Shown here: in pieces, positions 36,801 to 48,095 of the stretch
Layout of the letters: each line of letters starts with the position of its first letter
How positions within the stretch are numbered: position 1 is the stretch's first letter
NCBI GenBank assembly: GCA_038496445.1
Contig: JALMLS010000481.1
Coordinates: 1 to 64,000, forward strand
From: Trichosphaerium sp. ATCC 40318
Lineage: Eukaryota; Protista; Tubulinea
DNA: 64,000 bases
Reading direction: 5' to 3'
Made by a program: the position numbers and the translations under genes
The notes under the pieces: generated by a model
Database searches by the model: none
What the model was told of the DNA's origin: nothing
Seen by the model: the letters and a program-made list of their open reading frames with translations, nothing else

Positions 36801-38875
36801 TCTATAACATTTCCAAATAATACATGTATCATATGTCCTTCATGTGCTTTGTGTCCTGATTACTCAGTAAAGAGTAGTAATGATACAAAAAACGTGACAA
36901 CATTTGGCATGTTGTTACCTGCACCAGGTACCAGCGGATAAGTTTGTTCCTAGTGAAGTACTAACTAAACGATTAAGGTTACTGGTCAGCTAATGATAGT
37001 CAAAACATATACACATGCTTTGAAAAGGACGCATGCTTAGGTACAACGTGCGCTGAGGGTTACAAAGGTTCGCTTTTTATAAAAGAACTCAATTAACTAG
37101 AACGTTTACACTTTACATTAGGTCCGTTATGCTCAATCTGTGATTCCGGTTATGCCGGTTGGGACACTGAATGCTCAAGTAAGTTGGTTGAACCCCAGTG
37201 TTGGTGACTGAAAGTTGACATTTTGGATAGAGTGTAAATCTAATGTGGTATCTGGATTAATAGTCCTTGCATTTGCAGTGGCTGCTGTTGTTTTCTTCTT
37301 GTTCCTTGTGTTTACCTCAAACGAGACTTCAGCTTTATCTATTAACTTTAAAATCCTTCTTACACATCTTCAGACTATTACTTTGATAGGGTGTAAGTGA
37401 TATACGACATATTAACATAGTAGTACTAATCTAGTTTTTTTCTTAGCATTCAAATTCCATTACCCAAACACATTGAAACAGTTTGGTAAAGCACTTGGTA
37501 TTGCAACGTTTACTAGTGTTGGAAAAACTTATGCTGTTGGTTGTCTATTCTCTTTAGACTACTTACAACTGACAGCAGCAATAATGTGTTTTCTACTTGC
37601 AGTTTATGTCATTGGTACAAAGAAATTTTATTGTATCGTCCACTAATGGCCTCTAGGGTCTCTAACGTTTGTACTACTACGGTGTTGTGCTAGAGGCAAA
37701 AGTAGGAATAGCTATGAAGTTATAGGAGATAACGCAGAGGATCGCAGTTTCATTGATAAAGCAGCTACTGCTTGTTTGACAGGGCTAATTATGGTACGAC
37801 AATCTTCATAATGTTAATGTGTTAATTTTTTTTTGTTAGCTTACTTACCTACTCCATCCTACTGTATCCAGTAGGATCGCTCAAGTATTATCGCCATGTG
37901 TCAATTTAAGTGGTACAAAGTATTTACTAGCTGATATGTCTATTGTGTGTTCTTCTCAAGAATACAAAGTACGTGTTAACTGAGGAAAAAGTATTTGAAC
38001 AAACATCTTTTTTGATCTGACTACGGGTTTTTTAGTCTTGGAAAATTGCTTCATGGGCTCTTCTGTTCCTATTCACAATAGGAGCAATAGTAATCCAGGG
38101 TATAGTACTTTTTATTAAGCGCAAGGTAAGGTCTACTGAGATAGATGTAGCGACTTACTTGTATAGAACCTTGATGGTGCAAAAGTATTAGCAAACTATG
38201 GGTTTTTGTACAGGTCGTATAAACCAGAGCTCTATCTATGGGAAATTGTCATTAGTACTCGTAAGCTTGGTTTGGTGTTTTTTAGTGCTATAGTTGCATT
38301 GAACCCGGTACTACAAACTTATCTTGCAGTGGTACTCCTCAACATCAGTACGACCTTTGTTTTGTTAAGTCAAATATAATTTGTACTTACTTTCTACAAG
38401 TGCTCATACTTCATACCTTCAAATGGCCATATGCTACGAAAATGGGTAATTTTCTAGATGCAGTTGCTATGGTACTTGAGATTGTCACAATGTTATCTTC
38501 AATTTTGTATGGGATGGTGAACCAATCCGGGTATGTTATATTCTTTTCCTTTCCTCTTTTTTTTTTTGCATTTTAAACGTTTTGTTTGTGAATATCTTAC
38601 TGATACTGAATGTAAGGTCTACGATTATAACATATGTGATTCTAATAGCCAATGGGTTATTTGTATTGTTTGTATCTTGCTTATTACTTTATGGTGCAAG
38701 TAAATACGTCAGGTACCTTTTTTTCTTTTCGGAAATTAAAAGAAACAAAAAAAAAATATGAACCATGAATTTTAGGGCTTTTATCAGATACTTGTTTGTT
38801 AAATGTACATGTCTGAAGCGATTGTCATCTATTCAAAGACGAGATTCATCAATTCAAGAAGAGCAATGGTTCTAA
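33836..38875 (+). CDS. Large multi-exon receptor-like membrane protein: signal peptide, Kelch-like repeats, Ig/filamin-like domains, Cys-rich repeats, multi-pass TM domain
   Basis: Kelch-like motifs (LYMFRG, LILYGG, LLIFGG...DTWTL), VGNSPLILQV Ig-like end, CECIPGY/CAEGYKGPLCSICDSGY, FKILLTHLQ, YLLADMSIVC, YGFLYRSYKP..YLWE...RKL, KWPY. Exon joins were only partly checked. Confidence 0.8.
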
Positions 38876-39617
38876 GTGTAATAATAGAACTTGCGTACTC
38901 GTAGAGCATCAGCAATAAGTTGCACAACATAATAAAATTTCAAACTTGTGCTGTTAACAGCATAACCAGGTGGTCTCTATTATTCAGTTTGTACACAAGA
39001 CAGAACTTCAAGAAGCTTTTGCATAAGCTTACACTTGTTTTGTCTAAGGTCCGTATCAACCTATCTGAATCAAAGAAACAAGATTTGAACGAGACTTTCG
39101 AAAGTGTATGAGTGCAGTTGTGAAAAATTAAGTTAGATTAGATTCACGCGTTCTTGTTGATCTACAATACCAGATTGGAGGAGAGAATACGTCTCACTCA
39201 GCTTCGATCCCCTGGATCACGTAGCCAGAGACCCTTCCCATTTATTAAATTGGAGTTATCTCTTGTACATATACAACAAATTACATAAATCAATTGAAAC
39301 ATTCAGTCAATCAACACAAAAACTTTTTGAATCGTAATCTGCCATTGTATAGAACTGCTACTTGCTGATGTTGTTTTACGATACTACCGTACTTAAACAA
39401 CTACCTCTCACTTATCAAACGCCAGTAAAATACTTATTTATACTGTCAAAACAATGGAGGCACATGAAGGTTAACGCTGTATATCAACTTCAAATTGCTT
39501 CATATACTCGCTAAGAAGACTACTACAAATGAAGAGGCACGGGCAACTGGTACATCGAACAACACTGAATTACAGTGTATGTATATTGGCGTTTTATTAG
39601 TTAGTGTCCACTTCAGT

Positions 39618-41063
39618 TTACAAAAGACTGAACGTTACAATAGTAAACAAGTAAACCAGAAAAACCACTGGTTTGGCAACAGCTGTTGATGGTTGTAGAG
39701 CTGGTACAAATGAACTTAATGGAGATTTTGTAGTTGGAACCTGTGTAGATGGTTCAGTTGGAGGAGTTGGTTGTAGAGTTGTAATGGTTATCGGAGATAT
39801 TGGAGCGTTTGCAGGCACTTCTGTTGGCGAGGTTGTTGTAGGAAGTGTTGGTGGTAGCGTTGTAGGAGGCAAGGTTGTTGGCGCGAGTGTTGTAGGAGGC
39901 AAGGTTGTTGGTGCTAGTGTTGTAGGAGGCAGCGTTGTTGGCGCGAGTGTTGTAGGAGGCAAGGTTGTTGGTGCTAGTGTTGTAGGAGGCAGCGTTGTTG
40001 GCGCGAGTGTTGTAGGAGGCAAGGTTGTAGGAGGCAGCGTTGTAGGAGGCAGCGTTGTTGGCGCGAGTGTTGTAGGTGGCAAGGTTGTTGGAGGTGGAGG
40101 TATATAGTTGAAAATGCATGCTGTCAAACCAGCCTGCATAGTTTGGTCAGGAACCGTAAATCTAGAACATAATGTTAGTTTTCAAAGAATTAAAATAGCT
40201 ATCCAACTAACGCAAATGAATTTGACGTGAAGCTAAGGGATGTTGGGTCGGTTGGAAAATCACATGATTGCAATGTAAATCCTACAATAAAAATTAAGAT
40301 AACAATTGATTGTAAAACGCTAGAAAATAAATAGCAAAAAACTTGTTTTGATTTGTAAATTTTTTTCCTTCGCCAGTTACCTGTAACGCCTGGAGAATCA
40401 AAAGTACAATTCACAGTATGATCAAAATTAAGGGGAAATGGATTTGGCACATTAAGACCCACGGTAAACGATGTTGTGCGAATGTCAGCTTGCCAAATGT
40501 GCCCTGCTATAAATGTGACTGAGATTTCGGTCGAACTATCAGACACTACGAAGCTTGGTTCTCCTCCAAATACATTAAAGCCATTACTAAACAACGAACA
40601 CGTTCCTGAATCCCCTTCACCTAATAAAAAGTTACAAATCTACAAGGATTTTGTAAAGCGTCGTCTTTTTTGCAACAACTAAAAGTCCATAGTTTTAATG
40701 TCCAAATGTCAAGTGTCTAAAAATAGGATAAGAAAAAACTCTTTTGCGAGTTTTTTCTGCCTTACTTTCGCCTATACACGCCAAGAGATATAAAAACCTT
40801 GTGTGCGATCAAGAAGCACAGAAAACTCGCTAAAAAAGCTTTTAATTTCCATTTTGCTTAAAACTCCACTGTTGACGCTCTAATTGCTATAGTAGCACTC
40901 TATGCGCGTAGTAGTAGTGTATAAAAGCATAGACTTTCTCCTGAAACCGGCCATGCACAATATTGTGCTATTCCAATGTGAGAGGTTTGGGCGTACTTAT
41001 TGATACTGCTAATGGTACTAGACAAGCTAATATCGCTAGGAAATAGACAGGTGCTTTAATCAT
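39618..41063 (-). CDS. Mucin-like cell-surface protein with (P/A)PTTL stalk and probable GPI signal
   Basis: Signal peptide MIKAPVYFLAILACLVPLAVS, several introns, pentapeptide repeats, short hydrophobic C-terminus. Confidence 0.8.
39846..40100 (-). repeat. 15-bp (30-bp higher order) coding tandem repeat, PPTTL/APTTL
   Basis: Directly visible GTTGTAGGAGGCAAG / GTTGTTGGCGCGAGT alternation. Confidence 0.95.
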
Positions 41064-42156
41064 CGTTTTATTTTTCTGATAATAATTTTCTCATTTTTTT
41101 GCAAAACATGCTCCAAAAATAGATTTGAATTAGCTTGATCTTATAAGCCTTATCTAAATGCCGGAACCAGAAACGAACAAAATATTACGAGCCATTTACT
41201 TGGCTCTCTGCTACTAAAACAACACCTTTTTTAGGTTACTTATCGGCATCATTTGGGTGTATAGTTTCGGAAATACTGTAAACCCGACTCTTCAAATACT
41301 TACGCAACTTTTTACAGGTGTTTAACCAAACTAGCCCTTGTTACGACAAGAGATATAAGGGTCACTAGTTAGTTTAAGTCTGATGTTTTATTCTAAGTAC
41401 AGATGACAAGATAAATCATCCGTGGATTGTGTGGGTGTGTTTATTATGTACAGTATTATTATCGTGACAGCCGTATAAGAGTGCTGTGCTAAATTAAGCT
41501 GTAGAATTCTAAAATAGACTAGTATTTAGAGCACAAATATTTGACAGTGGACACATTAGGAGTCACAAGTGCATGTTATTAAACTGACATTTTGAAAAAA
41601 AAGTGTTGTCAAGTGGTAATTGCCCGAAAATTATGTTTGGGACAACGAGTGCAAGCAAATAAAAGGGCTAGGTTCGCTTTCGTTCCGGCCTTTCACTTTG
41701 CTAGGGACAAGATCCCGACCTACACTCACAAATTATCGGCCATTAGTGGGCGTGGCGTGAAAATTGGAAAAAAAATGTGAAACCGAAAATGAAGTATATT
41801 TTATTTAATCTAATTCAATATTCCGGTATTGTAGAATTAGCTAAATCGATCGCAACAAATACCTAGTGTTCTAATAGTACACATTCAAAGGGAGACGTAT
41901 AATAGTAATTTGTATGTACGGCACCTCATGTGCCAAGTGATTTAGTATATTTTGGGAGAAAAGTGACACAAAAACAAACCCACTGTTACCAAAAATAGAA
42001 CAACAAATAAATTATTATAGGCTATCCTTGTTGTTGCAAAAACTCCAAACAACGCTGTCATAGTTTAGTCTACGCACAGCCATGCAAAAAATTAATCTTT
42101 TACGGTGTTTGATGAGCGAACTATTTGAAGGCTAAAGTTGAACCAAAACACTTCGC

Positions 42157-42267
42157 GACCTTGACACCTACGCTTGGATACGCAAATCAAAGAGCGGTTG
42201 TAGTGCTATCCCTATTTACGACACTATTTTATTTGCTTCTCATGGTCGTATTCACAACACGTAAGGA
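42157..42267 (+). pseudogene. Dispersed copy of an exon segment (34193-34306) of the receptor-like gene
   Basis: GACCTTGACACCTACGCTTGGATA...CATGGTCGTA...GTAAGGA matches, including the donor site. Confidence 0.85.
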
Positions 42268-42809
42268 CAAAAATGTCGTACAAAAGAGTCCAAAAAAAAT
42301 GGATTTCGAAGAAATAGAACATGGCGAAAGGTAGTGCGCACCGCCTTTTCTACGCAAAGTACCTTCGAAGGTACAGCTTTGTCTCGTATTTTATCGCGAC
42401 TGTTGGGAGAACTTCCCAAAGCAGCTTAGTGTATTTAACATTGCATCACCAAATGCGAAAAGCCATTAACTATCTTATATTCCAAGTCACTACCAATTCA
42501 GGCTTTTGAGTTAATAGATCACGTGATTGGCATGGCTTGGTGATAAATCTTGTTGACTGATTGTTTTCTAAAACACAACTTGGTGAATATGGAACAAACA
42601 GAGTAATATGTTACAAAAGCACATGATTAGTATACGTCATTAGTTAAATATCATGTTTTTTACGTTATTCTAAACCAATTGCAGGTCGTGTATTGGTGCA
42701 AATACACAGCCTTTGATTGTAGCTATGACATGCTAAAATCACTAGGCAACTTAAGTCAATGTCATTTCCGCGAGTGTGATCACATGTAATCAGAAAAAGA
42801 CGATATCAT

Positions 42810-42870
42810 TCTTTGCAAGGTTCCACCAGAGATAGTAGCACATATTGTATGCTATTTTAAAAAGAAAGCA
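42810..42870 (+). pseudogene. Isolated F-box motif remnant
   Basis: Reads ILCKVPPEIVAHIVCYF with no continuing ORF. Confidence 0.4.
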
Positions 42871-43041
42871 GCGTATTACAGCTACAAACGCCTCTCGCCT
42901 GTTTAATACTATCCCGGGAAAAAAACACGATTAAAGCTTCTCTAACACATGCGATTTACAGCAGTATGTTACTCAAGATTTACTGAAAGATGCGATAACT
43001 CCAATGAGCGTCTTTGTGTAGCAAGTACTTTTATTTTTAGC

Positions 43042-45149
43042 TTACTGTGAAATAATCTCAACATCACCCTGAAAATATAATGTCAGCTCTTATAATGTAT
43101 TGCACTAAATGACTACTAGTTCGTACGTTAGATATGAAACCATATTCTTCTTGAACGGAACCATCACTATCACTTTTTCTTTTCCATTCTCTGGCATGTA
43201 CTGCAGCATAACTGAGAAGAGTACAAGTTGACACTGTTGATAGTGCAAACCAAATACAATTTACCCAAAAATACCGTTGTTTTGGTGATACAGCGCCATC
43301 AATAACTGGTGTAAGAAACGTTCCAATACCACCAAGCGTATATCCCCTGACAGATGTTAGAATAACCGAAAAAGAGGACTACAAACTAAAAGCGGAAAAA
43401 AAGAGGAAAAAAATCAATCGTACATTGCAACAAGTCGTGATAAATTGTTTGGAACGAATTGTTGGATAAGTTGATTAGTGAATATAATACCAGACATTCT
43501 CCATACAATCATGACTATAAACGTAAAATATTGAAGATTAGCTACCTGTTAACAGGAAAACAAAGTTAGCAAGAAGAAAAACCAGCAAAACAACAACACA
43601 TCAACAAACTATATACCCGAAACATTGAACATCCAACCCATATTACACCAAGCACCTGAAAAAATAGAGCTCCTCTCCACGCAGTTCGAAGGCCTATAGG
43701 GACCCATCAACACTTACAAAACAAACAAACAATGGTAAAAACAATACGTTGATAAATGAACTTTTGAAGACTCATACCTTTGTCTCTTGTTTCATAAATC
43801 ATTCCCACCACAGGCGCTAGTAACGCCATGGCAGGTAGAAGTATTGACCAACCAAGAGTTAAATCTTCTGCTGTTTTTGTATCAGCATCACTAGTTCCAA
43901 TGTACGTTTGCCAGTTTATCTGATCAGGAACAGTGCTGATATAGAAGAGACCCAAAGGAGCTGACAAAAAAGTGAATAACCTGTAGATATATATTAAGCT
44001 TAATGACTACGTAAACAATAATGCACGTGCCATGAGAGAATTACAACTGGTCGAAGTGCGTCAACAGTAAATGTTTCATAAAGTGACGGTAATGTTTCAC
44101 TTGATTTAGGTTTATTCTCTTCTCTCAATAATGAATAGTCTGGTTCTAAAAAGTAAGCGGAAGAGAGCGTCACCACAAACACTATCACTGCGTATCCTAA
44201 GAATACCCACCTGTGCGAAATGTTAGCGAGAAAAAGCTGAGATATCCAAAAAAAAAAATACCTCAATGAGACACCCCAGTCATAGACAACAAGAAATAGC
44301 CAAAATATAATACCACTAAGATCCCAAGCGCCAGTGAGACATCCATTAAATAATCCAACGGCGTTTGGTTTAACTCAACAAAAGTGTAAGCGGATTGAGC
44401 AAACATTTGTTTGTCGCTCACCTTTTGAAGTAGCAGCCAAATAATACGTTAGACAAGCTATGTAAGTAACACCGCCTAAGTGTGTTGCGAGTAATAGACA
44501 TACCGGAAGAACCCATGAAGTAATCTAAAATATGTTTCAACTTGTCACGTGATTAATAGCTAAGTAACAATGATTTACCCAATACGGCACTTCTGGTTCA
44601 TGGACAAATGCTGCTATGACCCAACAAGCACTTATACCGCAAGCGCTGAGTATCATATTCTTTCTGACGTTGCCCAGGCGCACAGCAATCTCACCACTTA
44701 AGTATGCTAGAACCAACACACCTCCGAAAGCGATTTGGGGAAGTCTATTCAAAGCTAAATTTTGCTCCTTGGATTGAATCAATATTATTGTGCGTCTACT
44801 GTATTGTACCGGACAGCAAGCTTCTATTCTTGATGCATTAGCACAAGTAACTCTCCAATCATCACCACATAGATTAGCGTAAATTCTAGACTCAAGAAAC
44901 GCAGGTTTAAGAGCAGCGTAGTTCGTAATTGGTCCTTAGTTCATAACTTAGTTTTTACAACTTTTTATCACGTGATCTCGTACCTGTTATTAATATGCAT
45001 AGTATAGAGGCGTGAAAGACATTGTAGTATAGCCTTCTCACAAACTAGAAATAAATTAATAGGGTGTACAGAGGCACATTGAATAGTACCTTTCTTTCAG
45101 TTGCAGCGTTTGCTTTAGAAATTAGAGGGGCGTCGTCTTCAATGTCCAT
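43042..45149 (-). CDS. MFS transporter, SLC43/FMP42-like
   Basis: About 12 hydrophobic segments. N-terminal NYAALKPAFLESRIYANLC...QNLALN loop typical of the SLC43/FMP42 family. Multi-exon. Confidence 0.8.
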
Positions 45150-45467
45150 AATACCTTAAGACTTCCGTGTGATATTTATATCTGTTCGTAAACTTTCAAG
45201 AAAGTAGTACCCTTGTATCGGCAATCTGAAAGATATGATTGCGTAAAACAAATAGTAAGACATCTAAATTATCTGCTTTTTGAGGCCACTTACTTTCAGT
45301 GAATAGTTGGCAAGGCGAACTTTCAGTTCGATGTGTACTGGAAAGGTAGTAGCGTTCTTACACTTGCTCATATTTCAAAAAGACCCACAACCAAGAAAAT
45401 AGAAATAGCACAAACTAAAACTCAAAGGATTTGTATGATGTATTTTACAATTGAAGAGTTTTTTTTT

Positions 45468-47985
45468 TTACAACAATTCGTCTTGAATGTCTTGAGACAC
45501 TGAGTTAACAACAACACGTCCATCATATGATAAAGAAGCGAAAGCCCAATTATTAGCTTCTGAAGCCCAAGCAATAGAGTATACACTGTCTTCATGATCA
45601 TCATAAGGTTTAATCAGTTCGTCTTTTGGTGCAGGTCTAAAAAAAAAAACAATTAGTTCATTGAATGTACCGGTATGTTAAGGGTTTTTTAAGAAACCAA
45701 ATGTATTATAAAGTTATATATAGATAGTAGATATTCAATATTAGTAGTAGCAGAAAATTCAGGGTTATAGAATAGCGGGTTAAGACGTGAACAAAAAAAA
45801 TTGTTTTGGACTAAGTTATGCTTTCAAAAAAAAAAGGAGTTTTGCTCCGCTATGCTTCCTGCACGCCCTCTGCGCTATCAATATTTCATATTTGGGTATA
45901 TGTATATAAATATATAACTACACAGGCACCGAACTTGTATTTGTACTTTGGGGTTTCTTCTTCTCCTTCATCTTCATCATCGCTATCTTGCAGATTTTTA
46001 AATGATAAGCTCTCAACTCTGTATAGATTAACAGTGCTATCTGTAGCACAGCTGAGAACTAACTCATCTCTGAATCTATTATACTTAACATTGCATACCC
46101 TATATAATATAAGAGCAAGCTTGCAAATAGAGAAAAACCGCAAAAGAAAGAACAATCTTTACAAAATAAAAAGTTGTCAAAACAGTTCCGATCACATCTC
46201 ACCTACAAGGCGATTTAACACGCTCTTGAAGTGGTATGGTACTAGAACATTATTGCTGAAAATGCTGTATTACTTTCTATAAATTATAGGTTACGTACCA
46301 ATGATTATGGTGCTCAAACTCCTTGAGACATTTATCTGGTTTTCTGTAATCCCAAAATCTTATCTTACAATCATCACCGCCTGTAACCATATAGTACTGA
46401 CGTAGAGGGTTTATATCAACATCTCTAACAAGAACTTTGTGTGTATCTTTTATAATAAATGCTTCCCTATAACGTAATAAACCAAACGGCAAATAACAAT
46501 CAAATGTAACTGAAGTTGTTCGTCGAAAGAAAAAGTTGAAGTGGTTGGCTGCTAGCATAAGCTGTTACATACTTTTTTTGTCGAACATCGTATCCACATA
46601 TTGAAGTATCAACAGTAACAGCAAGAAGATCTGTTACAAGTGGGTTGAAGCATGCATTACTTACAGCATGAGTAGTGCCTAATTCAATTGCTGCAAGTGG
46701 TTCCTAAGTAGACAATAAATTTCTGAGTTTTTGATCGCTTGAGAAGGCGCTCAAAGTAAAAGACCAGAGGGCGCATGAGCGAGAGAACCACGCCAATTTT
46801 TTGATAAGAAATAATGTAACGTGATATTACACTTTGAAGCAACTTACAAAGAAGCAAAGCGTAATTTGTTGAAAAAAAAAAAGAATAAATTTGGTTACCT
46901 CTGGTTTCGTAATATCCCAAGTTCTTAAAGTTGTATTATCCAAAGAAACTACAAGGCCATCTTCTGAAGGTTCCCAAAGCACCCTTCAAAAACATTATTA
47001 CTAAATAATCTATACTAATAACAAAGCCAAAACGGTTCTTTTAATACAAGTTGCAATTCATTTCGTTCAAATTGTTCACTTTTTTCCCCAAGCACCTCAA
47101 TAATACTGCGTTATAGCAAAATAAAACGTAAGGTGATTCTCTCGAGTGGGGAAATGATTCTCTCGAGTGGGGAAAACAACAGTGCAGGAGATGAACGAAT
47201 AGAACTGTAATTCGAAAAATCAAAAATAAAAAAAGTGACACATTGCAATGTGTCAAATGACATTTGAAACAACTTTTTTGACAAGTCTTTCAATAGACAA
47301 CGTTGGATAATATTAAAGGCGAAAGCGTCAAGCACGTGCCTCTTTATTTTACCCTTGTGACCAGGCAATTCTGCTTTTGGAATAAGTTTTGCATTTGTCT
47401 CGTCCATACTCCACAACATAGCCTTGTATGCCTTTGCTGTATAGTGTTAGCAATTAAAACGATATGTAGTAATAGTTTTAAAGCGTTTACAACAAGAAAG
47501 AGACGGGTTGTAGCTCAATAAAACGATTCGATAAAAATATCTTCAAAACTCGTTTAAACGATGTCAATACATTCTTCAAGGTATTAATAATGCGTACGCT
47601 CGTGAAATATTGTGAATAGCAGGTCTTGTTGAAACGGTGACGAAGAAATATCCCATATCTCGTGAGGATGGTCGTATATGTTTATACATACGGTTTCAGT
47701 GACGTCTTTGATGACTTCAATGTGATGGAGCTTTTTGGCGTTAGTAAATAACTAAACCGCTTTGATTTACCTGATTCTCCTCCTTTAAGCTAAGTGTACC
47801 TACAAAAAAGCGAGTGTTTTCTATAAACACGTCAGCAAGCGGTTTTAGTGTCTAAAATATACCCTGATCGCCTAATTGAGCAGCAATACACCTCGCCTTT
47901 ACAATATAAGCTGTAACGTTCAATAAATTCGCCGTACTTTGTATGACAAGCCATAAACAGCACTAGAATGACTACCCTTAAACAT
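45468..47985 (-). CDS. EIPR1: WD40 protein EIPR1/TSSC1 (EARP/GARP-interacting; DWA2-like)
   Basis: VYGLSYKARCIAAQ...RFFVGTLSLKEENQLH...HPHEIWDISSSP...VRDVDINP..QYYMVTGGDDCKIRFWD...HNHWV..VKYN...YDDHEDSVYSIAW...FASLSYDGRV. Confidence 0.92.
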
Positions 47986-48095
47986 TCTAGTATATACGAG
48001 AGTCAATAATAGGGTTTGAAAGGTCAACCACCTTCACTTCAACTTTTTTTTTAGAATTTCTCTTACTGCTAATGGTCTACCGTTTCTGAGTTTAA

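Noticed and set aside
39673-40107. Val/Gly-rich plus-strand ORF and the NNLASYN frame
   Set aside because: These are shadow frames of the PTTL repeat. Only the minus-strand frame has a signal peptide, splice sites and a GPI-like end.
41618-41745. Weak inverted ends (TAATTGCCCGAAAATT / AATTATCGGCCATTA), possible MITE
   Set aside because: Match is too degenerate, single copy in the window, no convincing TSD.
47134-47176. 21-bp tandem duplication in an EIPR1 intron
   Set aside because: Simple two-copy slippage with no further structure.
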